In this document: positions 17,423-25,688 of the stretch, piece by piece | Layout: every line of letters starts with the position of its first letter | Numbering within the stretch: the stretch's first letter is position 1 | DNA from: Clostridia bacterium | GTDB lineage: Bacteria > Bacillota > Clostridia > UMGS1840 > HGM11507 | Direction of reading: 5' to 3' | DNA: 26,576 nt | Assembly: GCA_045539675.1 (NCBI GenBank) | Contig: JAZQFU010000167.1 | Location: 1 to 26,576 of the forward strand | Made by a program: the position numbers and the translations under genes | Notes under the pieces: generated by a model | The model's input: only the letters and a program-made list of their open reading frames with translations | Told to the model about the DNA's origin: nothing | The model's database searches: none

Positions 17423-20224
17423 TTATTCTATAATATATACGCCGTAAGCCCGCCCGTAATATGTCTGAATAGCTATTCTTGAGCACTCATTTCCTACGTC
17501 TTTATATGCCTTCAGATCGCCAAAGCTTGCGCCTGATACCGTCAGATTACCGCTTGCAAACTTCATAAGCTTCGCATAATATCCGACCTCTTGCCTTGTG
17601 GTAACAAACTTACAGTCCGCATGGGTTACATTCTGAAGAACGCTTCTGTCCTTCTCATTTGTAACGTAAATCATATATCCGTCATCAAAGGTATCGTAAA
17701 CATACCCGTATACCACAATTGTAGCACTGGTATAGAAATTGTATGTATCACTCTTTACAATGGTATCGGTGCTCTGCTTGTAATACAGAGTTATCCTTTC
17801 AACATATCCTTTAATGTTTACGTAATACCGTATAGCATCACCTGTTTTCAGAGTGTCTGCCGAAAGCTGCTCGGTATTTCCCTCTGAATCCGTTACGGAA
17901 TAGGTTGTTCCCGGCTTGATCTTCATCTTTCTTTCGCCGTTATTGTCTACAACCGTAACACAGACAACTGCATCGTTATAGTTATCATCCCATACCTTTG
18001 ATACTTTCTTAACCACCGCAATACGTGAGCCATCGGCACCTACAAAGCCGTCGGGATACGAAATAATATCCGCTGTCATGGACTCTGTATTTGTATAAAA
18101 TGCGTTCAGAGTCATTAAAGTGCCTGAAGCAAGAGAGTCATATGCTGTTCCGCACATATATGAATCCGTATCGTTCATACCTACGGGATTAGTAATGCTC
18201 GGATGCATAATAACCGGCGTCTCCTTCTTCATTGCAACCTGAGGCCCGCAGGTGTAATAGGTTCTTGAATAGTAGGAGTTACCCGAATTTACCATAAACA
18301 GCATATCGTCATTATCTGTGCTGTCTCCTCTTACTGCTGCAATGGCTTTTTTTCCGTCTATCAGCGTATCAATTGCAATTATTTCACCGTTTGCATTAAG
18401 CTTATATCTGACAATTGAAGAATAACAATCATCGGGTGCAACACTTCCCATCATAACCTTTGAAGCCTCATTAAGTCTTGCAAGCACTAACGGACTATCG
18501 GCTTTATATGTGCCGCCATCAAGTATAATATTCTCCGCCGCCTCAAATACAGTAAAATTGTCGCCGGCATCATACATTTTAAATACCAGCTTATTCTGCA
18601 AATCCTTTGTTTCAGGTGCAGCTTTGACAATAAAACCGTATACATATTCGGTTTCGGTTGCATAAACAAGATATGAAATCCTTCCCTCCACATCCGTAAA
18701 AGCCTTTACATAATTACCAAGGTTAAGCTTTTCTTTTTCGATAATGCGGCATTCCTCATTAACACGATACTCTTTGCCGTCTATAGTCACATACTCATTG
18801 TCATCTCTTGTTTGTTCTATCTTTCCGGTGACGGCGCCGTCAAGTATATAAATACGTACATACTGCTGATATGCGTCAGCTGCCGAATGATAAACCGAAA
18901 CAACTGTATTCGCAGAAATTTCGCTTATATCTGTTTCCTCACCCTTGGCATCATACACAATTGTGTATGGATCGTTCGCGTTAACATCAACCATAAGCTT
19001 ACGGCTTGGATTGTACTTGTCGTAAATATATTGATTGTTTTTATCCACGTGAGAAACAACAAAATTCTCGTATGCATCAACAAAGACAACGTCATATTTT
19101 CCGTCCTTTGAATTATCAATAAGACGGATTGCGCCATGCTTCTTCGTTGTGTAGGTAATTCCGTTTTTTGTGCAGGAAGTCTTTATCATATCCATGGAAA
19201 GTGCTTCCCTGGTTGAAGCACCATTGTAGATAACGGGCGCACCGTTCTTAAAGGAATATGATTTGGACTTATTGGCAGCATCATCCCAGTATTCAAGCTT
19301 TGTTCCGCTTATATTTTCGATATCATCAATATCAACGGTGATTTCCACGTTATCATCCGATTTCTGAATGTATGCCACCTTCGGAAGCTTGTCTCTTTCC
19401 TCCACATAATACATATCAACAAGATAACCGAGATAACTGTATATATTTTCTATTCCCCTGCATTCAAGCTCCAGCTCGCCAACCTGAATCCAGAAGGGAT
19501 TAATATCGTTTTTGCCGACAAGTCTTGTAAGGTCAACGCCGTTCACAACATCCTTTAAATGCTTCATATGAAAAACGGTATCTAAAAATGTTCCCACCTC
19601 AACAAGACTGTAGTCTGCATCAGGGCCGTAAGTATCCTGCCCGATAAGCGGAATTTCAAGAGAATTGAAGATAAGCTGTGCCGCCATTCCCTTAGTAAGT
19701 GCTGTTTTCATATCTATATCGAGAGATGTATACATTTTAAGAAGCTTTGCACAAAGGTAATAGCCGCTCGGAAAACCGCCCCTGCTTTCAGCCGCAAAGC
19801 TGTAGCCGGCAATCTTCAATATAACTGCTGATGCCTCAATAAGACTGATATTTTCATCAGCAAGTATATTTCCGTTCGGATCGCCGCCTATTGCTCCGAA
19901 CTTTGTCAGCGTTTTTATGTATTGCTCAAATTCATGCCCGGGAATTAAATCTTTGTATATTATTTCGGAGCTTACCGTTCCGCTGTATCCCGCCAGAATG
20001 CAGGCAAGTTTGAAAAACTCGCCTCTCGTAATCCCTTCGGTAAGATTTTCTTCGGTATACTCCGTTATTCCGATAGCATTCGTAATGCCGAGAGCTTCTT
20101 TTCCGTATATTACTTTTTCCTCTTCTTCCTCTGCTAATACAGGGCAGAAGCTTAAAAGCAATGCTATTGATAAAATACAGGATATTATTCTTTTCAAAGC
20201 CATCTGATTGATCAATCCTTTCAT
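17423..20224 (-). CDS. S-layer-like protein with N-terminal degenerate SLH repeats and a large beta-rich body
   Basis: Signal peptide (MALKRIISCILSIALLLSFCPVLA; possible start ATG 20203). SLH-like segments ITRGEFFKL, YKDLIPGHEFEQYIKTLTKFGAIGGDPNG, ISLIEASAVILKIAGY and LTKGMAAQLIFNSL. The overall layout matches clostridial S-layer proteins. Confidence 0.7.
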   Translation of the reverse strand: MKGLINQMALKRIISCILSIALLLSFCPVLAEEEEEKVIYGKEALGITNAIGITEYTEENLTEGITRGEFFKLACILAGYSGTVSSEIIYKDLIPGHEFEQYIKTLTKFGAIGGDPNGNILADENISLIEASAVILKIAGYSFAAESRGGFPSGYYLCAKLLKMYTSLDIDMKTALTKGMAAQLIFNSLEIPLIGQDTYGPDADYSLVEVGTFLDTVFHMKHLKDVVNGVDLTRLVGKNDINPFWIQVGELELECRGIENIYSYLGYLVDMYYVEERDKLPKVAYIQKSDDNVEITVDIDDIENISGTKLEYWDDAANKSKSYSFKNGAPVIYNGASTREALSMDMIKTSCTKNGITYTTKKHGAIRLIDNSKDGKYDVVFVDAYENFVVSHVDKNNQYIYDKYNPSRKLMVDVNANDPYTIVYDAKGEETDISEISANTVVSVYHSAADAYQQYVRIYILDGAVTGKIEQTRDDNEYVTIDGKEYRVNEECRIIEKEKLNLGNYVKAFTDVEGRISYLVYATETEYVYGFIVKAAPETKDLQNKLVFKMYDAGDNFTVFEAAENIILDGGTYKADSPLVLARLNEASKVMMGSVAPDDCYSSIVRYKLNANGEIIAIDTLIDGKKAIAAVRGDSTDNDDMLFMVNSGNSYYSRTYYTCGPQVAMKKETPVIMHPSITNPVGMNDTDSYMCGTAYDSLASGTLMTLNAFYTNTESMTADIISYPDGFVGADGSRIAVVKKVSKVWDDNYNDAVVCVTVVDNNGERKMKIKPGTTYSVTDSEGNTEQLSADTLKTGDAIRYYVNIKGYVERITLYYKQSTDTIVKSDTYNFYTSATIVVYGYVYDTFDDGYMIYVTNEKDRSVLQNVTHADCKFVTTRQEVGYYAKLMKFASGNLTVSGASFGDLKAYKDVGNECSRIAIQTYYGRAYGVYIIE

Positions 20225-20276
20225 TTTTGCATCTGAAATTGCGTACCATCAGGAACAGAAGGCACGAAAGACTGCA

Positions 20277-22052
20277 TTATTCCGCAATCAAAGTATATAT
20301 AATCTTTGCCGCCTCGGCTCTTGTGCAATTAGCCTTCGGCTCAAATTTACCTTCGCCCTTGCCTGAAAGAACTCCTGCGTTTTTAAGTGCATATACAGCT
20401 TCCTTGGCATAATCGGAAATTGCCGCGTTATCCGCGAACTCTCCGCTTATTTCTGCATTGAGCTCCCTGCCGTTTGCCTGTGCGATTCTGTAAGCCATAA
20501 CAGCAGCATCCTCACGGGTGATTGCATTGCCGATACCGAACGTGCCGTCCGGATTTCCTTTAACAAAACCTGACTTCTTTGCCGCAGTAATATAAGGAGC
20601 ATACCATTCGCCCGCTATCGTATCAGTAAACTCGGCATTGCCTTCGCCAAGCTCAACCTTGTAAGCTCTCAGGAGCATTGTCAGCATTTCTTCACGGGTT
20701 ACATTTCTTGAAGGCTCAAATTTGCCCCCTCCGGTTCCGCTTACTATACCGTCATCTGCAAGTGCAGCAATACTTGCCTTTGCCCAGTCAAAGCCTGCCA
20801 GATCGCTGAACTTATCCTCAGGCTCAGTCACGGGAGTAATCGGCTGAGTTATATTCATACCGGTGCCTACGCTCAATCCGCGTCCGCCACCGCCGCCGGA
20901 GCTGCCTGAGCCACTGGGCCTTAAGGCAGTTTCTTTTAAAAGGGCTGCCATTTTCTCGTTAACCGCTTTAGAAAACCCATTCACAGTTTCGTAGCTGTTT
21001 TCAAGCACATATGTATAAAGCTGTGATTTCTTTGTTGTTGTCATCCCTGCAGAGTTAAAGCTACTCATAAGTATTCCGCTTTCCTCACCAAAGCTTGTGA
21101 TGAAGTATTCAACATCTCCCCAGGAATCAGCCCCCGTGCAGAGTGCTGTCAGAACACCCTTTGCATACGCTTCCTTCGCAGCCTCCGCCGTCAGATGGTT
21201 TTTTCCCTTGAAATAGTTTGCAGTAAAGGTATTTTTCTCGTTTACGCTGAGCTTTTCAGTGTAAGCATTTACGTATTTTTCATCATATCCAAGTGCTTCC
21301 TTTTCATCTGCCGCATCTATAAGTCCCTCATTAATTCCTTCAAGCTTTGCAGCAAACGTCAAAGAATCAATCATCGAGCCTATATCAGCCGCAACCTTGG
21401 AAAGTCCTTCCTCTGTTAAAACAAGCTCTGCAATTTCATCCTCACTCAAGTCCTCTACGTTCCAGCTTTTGCCCTTTACCGATTTATATAAGGCTTCGTA
21501 TAAAAGTGCCTTGTCTGATACCTTGTAAATCATATCGGAGGTATCAATAAGAGTAAGCATTTTCATTGCGGCACTGGGCTCATCTGACGTGCTTCCGATT
21601 GCCAAAAGCTCTGCAAGGCCTGTTTTCGCTGCCGGAAGCTCTCCTTCGCAAAGCTTTACCGCTTTGGCAATCAAAACCGCTTTTTGCTGAGCCGTGGCAT
21701 AGAAAATTCTGCCCTTTTCACTGCCGTTTATTCTTACCGTAATATCGCCCGGTTCAACGCCGTCGAGACTTGCGGAAAACATACGCTCACCGTTTGAATC
21801 GGCAGGCTCCTGCGCCATAAGAATAAAATCCGAAAGTATATCTTCTCTTGTATAAGTAGTTTTTATTTCTTTTCCGGGTTTCAAAAGCTGAATGCTTATG
21901 CTTTCGTTTTTCTCAGCTCCGTTTACCGTTACCAAAATCGTCTTTGCCGCATCATCAACGCTGTACTGATATGATACTGCCGCAAGACAAGGAGTTGTCA
22001 TAGCAAAAGCAGACACTGCCAGGGCTAAAATTGTTCTGATGGTTTTTTTCAT
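20277..22052 (-). CDS. SLH-domain cell-surface protein (Ig-like module, helical region, Gly/Ser linker, 3 SLH repeats), 591 aa
   Basis: Signal peptide and GGAGG RBS. Linker SGSGSSGGGGG. Three SLH repeats: FSDL..FDWA...GIVSG...TREE, FTD...WYAPY...GFVKG...TRED and FAD...DYAKEAV...GVLSG...TRAE. Confidence 0.92.
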   Translation of the reverse strand: MKKTIRTILALAVSAFAMTTPCLAAVSYQYSVDDAAKTILVTVNGAEKNESISIQLLKPGKEIKTTYTREDILSDFILMAQEPADSNGERMFSASLDGVEPGDITVRINGSEKGRIFYATAQQKAVLIAKAVKLCEGELPAAKTGLAELLAIGSTSDEPSAAMKMLTLIDTSDMIYKVSDKALLYEALYKSVKGKSWNVEDLSEDEIAELVLTEEGLSKVAADIGSMIDSLTFAAKLEGINEGLIDAADEKEALGYDEKYVNAYTEKLSVNEKNTFTANYFKGKNHLTAEAAKEAYAKGVLTALCTGADSWGDVEYFITSFGEESGILMSSFNSAGMTTTKKSQLYTYVLENSYETVNGFSKAVNEKMAALLKETALRPSGSGSSGGGGGRGLSVGTGMNITQPITPVTEPEDKFSDLAGFDWAKASIAALADDGIVSGTGGGKFEPSRNVTREEMLTMLLRAYKVELGEGNAEFTDTIAGEWYAPYITAAKKSGFVKGNPDGTFGIGNAITREDAAVMAYRIAQANGRELNAEISGEFADNAAISDYAKEAVYALKNAGVLSGKGEGKFEPKANCTRAEAAKIIYTLIAE

Positions 22053-22091
22053 AATATTCCCTCCGCAAAGATAGTTTTTAAATCACCAATA

Positions 22092-22147
22092 GTTGATTTT
22101 TGCATGAGTTTTTAAGAATTCTCCCCGAAACTCATATAAAAATCAAC
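22092..22147 (-). other. Long intergenic stem-loop (candidate mRNA processing/stability element)
   Basis: GTTGATTTTT (22092-22101) pairs with AAAAATCAAC (22138-22147), and ATGAGTTT (22104-22111) pairs with AAACTCAT (22128-22135). There is a 2x2 internal loop and a 16-nt terminal loop. Confidence 0.7.
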
Positions 22148-22152
22148 CATTC

Positions 22153-22181
22153 TGCCGGGGGGCTTTAATAACCCCCCCGCA
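22153..22181 (-). other. GC-rich intergenic stem-loop without a U-tract (stability element or weak terminator)
   Basis: The minus strand reads TGCGGGGGGG-TTATTAAAG-CCCCCCGGCA (one mismatch), 16 nt after the stop at 22198. It is followed by GAATGG, not poly-U. Confidence 0.6.
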
Positions 22182-22197
22182 TTACGGATAAAAAATT

Positions 22198-24408
22198 TTA
22201 ATTTACAGGCTTTGCAAAAACTATAGGGTATGCGTTACTTTTAACAGTTCTTATAGTAACGGTATCACCTTTTTTTACATTCTTTATATACCAAATCCAT
22301 CTGGATTCAACGGCACTTGCAGCTGAGAAAACCAAATTCTCTAAAGGTACTGCTGCTAATTTTGTCCAGCCATCGGCTGTAATCCATGCATTTGTAGTTG
22401 CTGTAGCCAATATCAATTCTGCATCATTACCTGCTTCAAAGGTATAGAATATATACTGACCGTCTGTGTTACGGTAACCATATGAGTCATAACCATTTCT
22501 TATACCGTAATCCAGTGCAATAAATTCTGCTCCTTCAAGCTCCATAACCTCCGGATAAGAAATAACTGCTCCTCTCTGAGGCTTTGACGGATCAGTCCAG
22601 CCTTTGAACTCTCCCTGGTATGTATATAAACTTGAATTGTTGCTAAATACACCTTTTGATGCAGAAACATTTTTAGTGTTATATGCTGCAAATTCAGCTC
22701 CGAGTTTAAGGTTCTTTATCAAGCCTGCTTCAGACTCCATAACTATTTTTGCAAGAATCTCCTCATACGAAAGACCTTGCAAGCTTACATCTCCGGTATA
22801 TTTAATCTTCGTATTTATTTTTTGGAATTTTGATTGTATAAATGGATTAACTTTATTTTCCACAGCGTTCCATGTGAGATAATAATTGCCCTTTTCGATG
22901 TCTGAATAATCAGCTATATCTTCGTTACCGATAACTCCCTGTGCCACAAGATATGCCCAGAAATCATATGAGCCGGAATCGAAACAAACACCTATCATTC
23001 TTGAGTTCGGATAATCCGATGCGTTAGTCAGTTTTGTTGCCGTAACCTCTCCGTTTTCATCCTTGAGCTTTATAGCCTGAGTACAAAAAGCTGTAACCTC
23101 AACGCTCTGATTTACCCAAAAAGACAATTTTCCGCTTGTATTGCCGGCGGGAACAACTATATAATTATATCCTGTGTAAGCTTCCGGCATATCAAAAATA
23201 TGTTTACCGACGGTACTTGCATTTCTGTCTGTTGCTATAAGTGTTCCCGTAATATCATCATTATTGGTATCCATAGTTTCGGGGAACACGGGAAGAGGAC
23301 TTGTTTTAGTGCCCGCAGTAAATTCTACCGGCGTAGTTTTGCTTGAGTCACCGACTTCACCGTTGCCGATATAATATGCCGGGGCGCTATAAAGTAAATA
23401 ATCATCCCATTCAAGTGCGGTTCCGTCGGCATTAACAACTACATCTCTGTCTGCACTGACGGTAGGCTTAATAACAAATATCTGTCTTAATGTTCTTCCG
23501 TTCGAAAACTCAAGCTCTATCTTTTTCAGTTCACCCTCACCAACTGTATAGCTTTTTGTTGCTTTATAATTGTATGGTTCAAGTGTAACGAAAGAAGCGC
23601 CTGTAGCTGCAAATTCATTTTCTTTTATATATCCTTCCAAATCCGGTTCTGTATATGTGATTTTAAAGGTTTTTGTTACAGGCTTCGAATACACCTTTCC
23701 CGGTGTATTTGCAACATTGGAGGTTCTTTCGGCTTCTGATCTCTGACCGATTTCAACGGTTATTTCAGTAGTTTTAGAGGATTCGAAATCATTTACCACT
23801 TTAACGCTTGCAGTGTTATCGGCATAGCCTGCTAATTTTGCAGTTACTGCCGGATACGAAACAGTCCCGTTGGAAACTGTCAGCTTCTTTGTATATTCTA
23901 TGGTATCCCAGCTGAATTCCTCGCCGATATAGTCCTCAAATGACTGACCGTCAAAAGTAATTTCAAGCTTTGCATCAGTAAGGCTTTCTGCACCGAAGGT
24001 AGCAACATTTGAGACAATCTTCTGGTTGCTTTCCTCCCATATGAAAGCCTTTGCGGTGTAGCCGTCTTCCATTTCAACCCAGTCTGTTCTTACAACGGTA
24101 TTTACACCTGATGCCGTTTCAACCTTGACAAGCTTCTTGTCGGCATCATAGACTGCGCAGTAAAGGACTGCTTTTTCATCTGCCGAGGTATAGTTTCTGA
24201 TAAATGCTTCTGCTCTGATGTAATCCTGAGTTTCGCCTGTTGGATTGCCGTTTTCATCTTCCAATTCAACTGTTGTTTCCTTGAATACAACATGGGAGCT
24301 TAAAAATTCTGATTCTGCTGCAAAAATGGTGGGGAACACAGAAATCATAACAGAAGATACTACAAGCAACGCCAACAAAATTTTTAATGTTTTTTTGGTT
24401 TTTTTCAT
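22198..24408 (-). CDS. Secreted non-catalytic modular protein (module X, cadherin-like, two Y-like domains), about 736 aa
   Basis: Start ATG 24408, 7 nt after AAGGAGA; signal peptide ending IFA. Motifs VYDADKKLVKV...AKAFIWE and YPAVTA...DNTASVKVVN...KTTEITV, with C-terminal LEGAEFI...YTFEAG...ADGWTKL. No catalytic motif recognised. Confidence 0.75.
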   Translation of the reverse strand: MKKTKKTLKILLALLVVSSVMISVFPTIFAAESEFLSSHVVFKETTVELEDENGNPTGETQDYIRAEAFIRNYTSADEKAVLYCAVYDADKKLVKVETASGVNTVVRTDWVEMEDGYTAKAFIWEESNQKIVSNVATFGAESLTDAKLEITFDGQSFEDYIGEEFSWDTIEYTKKLTVSNGTVSYPAVTAKLAGYADNTASVKVVNDFESSKTTEITVEIGQRSEAERTSNVANTPGKVYSKPVTKTFKITYTEPDLEGYIKENEFAATGASFVTLEPYNYKATKSYTVGEGELKKIELEFSNGRTLRQIFVIKPTVSADRDVVVNADGTALEWDDYLLYSAPAYYIGNGEVGDSSKTTPVEFTAGTKTSPLPVFPETMDTNNDDITGTLIATDRNASTVGKHIFDMPEAYTGYNYIVVPAGNTSGKLSFWVNQSVEVTAFCTQAIKLKDENGEVTATKLTNASDYPNSRMIGVCFDSGSYDFWAYLVAQGVIGNEDIADYSDIEKGNYYLTWNAVENKVNPFIQSKFQKINTKIKYTGDVSLQGLSYEEILAKIVMESEAGLIKNLKLGAEFAAYNTKNVSASKGVFSNNSSLYTYQGEFKGWTDPSKPQRGAVISYPEVMELEGAEFIALDYGIRNGYDSYGYRNTDGQYIFYTFEAGNDAELILATATTNAWITADGWTKLAAVPLENLVFSAASAVESRWIWYIKNVKKGDTVTIRTVKSNAYPIVFAKPVN

Positions 24409-24485
24409 TTTCTTCTCTCCTTGCATTTTAATTATATATTAAAAGCCGTACTCAGCCTTTATGCAGAATTAAATTTCAGTCCGTT

Positions 24486-25649
24486 TTACTCCGTATATCC
24501 GTCATAAACGATTACATGAATATAACCTCTGCTTTGTGCAACATTGGGACTTGTTACAGTAACCGATTCGTCACCGACTTCAATATGCTTTGAATATTTT
24601 GTATTAAATTTCTTATCATCAACGGTAGAGATGCCGTCGCCGGATACTTTTGTATAACCCCACCTTTCATCCGCCATAGCCACGGACCCGGCTTCAAGCA
24701 ACACATAAACCGTTGCACTTCTGTTAAGCTCAAAGCCCAACCAGTCTTTGTAATCAGATGACATCCACGCCTGCACATATTGCTTACCATCTCCGCCATT
24801 TTTCCAGGCAAAGGCGGTCTGTAAGTAATCACAGCCCACAAAGGATTCATCCGAAATCGTTCCTACGTAAAATTCTCTGTCCAGTACAATCTTCGAGCCA
24901 ACCTGCAAATTTTGCTTCAAAGCAGGTAAAAATGCAGCTCCATCTGTAAAAGACTGCATAAATCTGACGTTTTCTACAAGGGGTTTATCGCTTTTATACT
25001 TAACTGTATAGATTTTTTCATCGCCGTCAACCGATGTTACCTTTATAACGGTTTTTCCGGGGAAGGTTACCGGATCTGTTATTTCTACCTTAGCACCGCT
25101 GTCAAGAGTTTTCACCGAAACCTCAGGGCAGGCTTTTCTGGTCGATGCAACCGTATACTCGTATTCATATATTTCACTGTCAAAGCCTTCAATTGCAACA
25201 CCATCTACCGTCAGCTCAACCACATCGCTGCTGCCCCCCGGCAAAAGTGAGGAATTACAAACCGGAGTCATTCCGCTTATGCTGCTCCATAAAACTGTGT
25301 TTATCCTGCAGTTTTCGGCATTCTGCGGAACGGTAACGCTTACGGAAAATTCAGTTTCCTCTGTTCCCGCTGTTTTTTCTTCAATGCCTACATCAATAAG
25401 CTTTCCTCCGTCATATAAAAGCATAACAAAAGCCATACTTTCAGCCTCAGAGCCATCTGCAATTTTCACATCGATTTTCGCAGTAAGCTCTCCGCCGCTG
25501 AGAGTTGTGGTTTCTCCTTCTGCATTTGTATATGTAATCTGCGAATACTCATACTTTTCTTCCAGGGCAAAAGCTGAAAGCATAAAACATATACTCATAC
25601 ACAGAACAAGAATTGCTGCTTTTAATAAAGTGCTTTTAATTTTGTTCAT
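24486..25649 (-). CDS. Secreted non-catalytic modular protein (module X, cadherin-like, domain Y), 387 aa
   Basis: Signal peptide ending SAFA and AAAGGA RBS. Motifs LYDGGKLIDV...TVLWS, VELTVDGVAIEGFDSEIYEY...PEVSV (cadherin-like beta-sandwich) and LKQNL..G....DR...GCDYL...GFELNRSATVYV. Confidence 0.75.
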   Translation of the reverse strand: MNKIKSTLLKAAILVLCMSICFMLSAFALEEKYEYSQITYTNAEGETTTLSGGELTAKIDVKIADGSEAESMAFVMLLYDGGKLIDVGIEEKTAGTEETEFSVSVTVPQNAENCRINTVLWSSISGMTPVCNSSLLPGGSSDVVELTVDGVAIEGFDSEIYEYEYTVASTRKACPEVSVKTLDSGAKVEITDPVTFPGKTVIKVTSVDGDEKIYTVKYKSDKPLVENVRFMQSFTDGAAFLPALKQNLQVGSKIVLDREFYVGTISDESFVGCDYLQTAFAWKNGGDGKQYVQAWMSSDYKDWLGFELNRSATVYVLLEAGSVAMADERWGYTKVSGDGISTVDDKKFNTKYSKHIEVGDESVTVTSPNVAQSRGYIHVIVYDGYTE

Positions 25650-25688
25650 ATTTTTATCATCCTTTCCTTAAAAATTATATTTTTATGA

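Noticed and set aside
24391-24408. A7 tracts in signal-peptide starts (also 22043-22049) as phase-variation switches
   Set aside because: They are explained by Lys (AAA) codons in n-regions of an AT-rich genome and are too short to support slippage claims.
24427-24485. TATAAT on the minus strand upstream of the 736-aa gene as an internal promoter
   Set aside because: No acceptable -35 box at 16-18 nt and no extended -10 TG; the hexamer is expected by chance in this AT-rich spacer.
8273-25649. Classical cellulosome (cohesin-dockerin) interpretation
   Set aside because: No duplicated Ca-binding dockerin motif or cohesin repeat is recognisable in any of the proteins.
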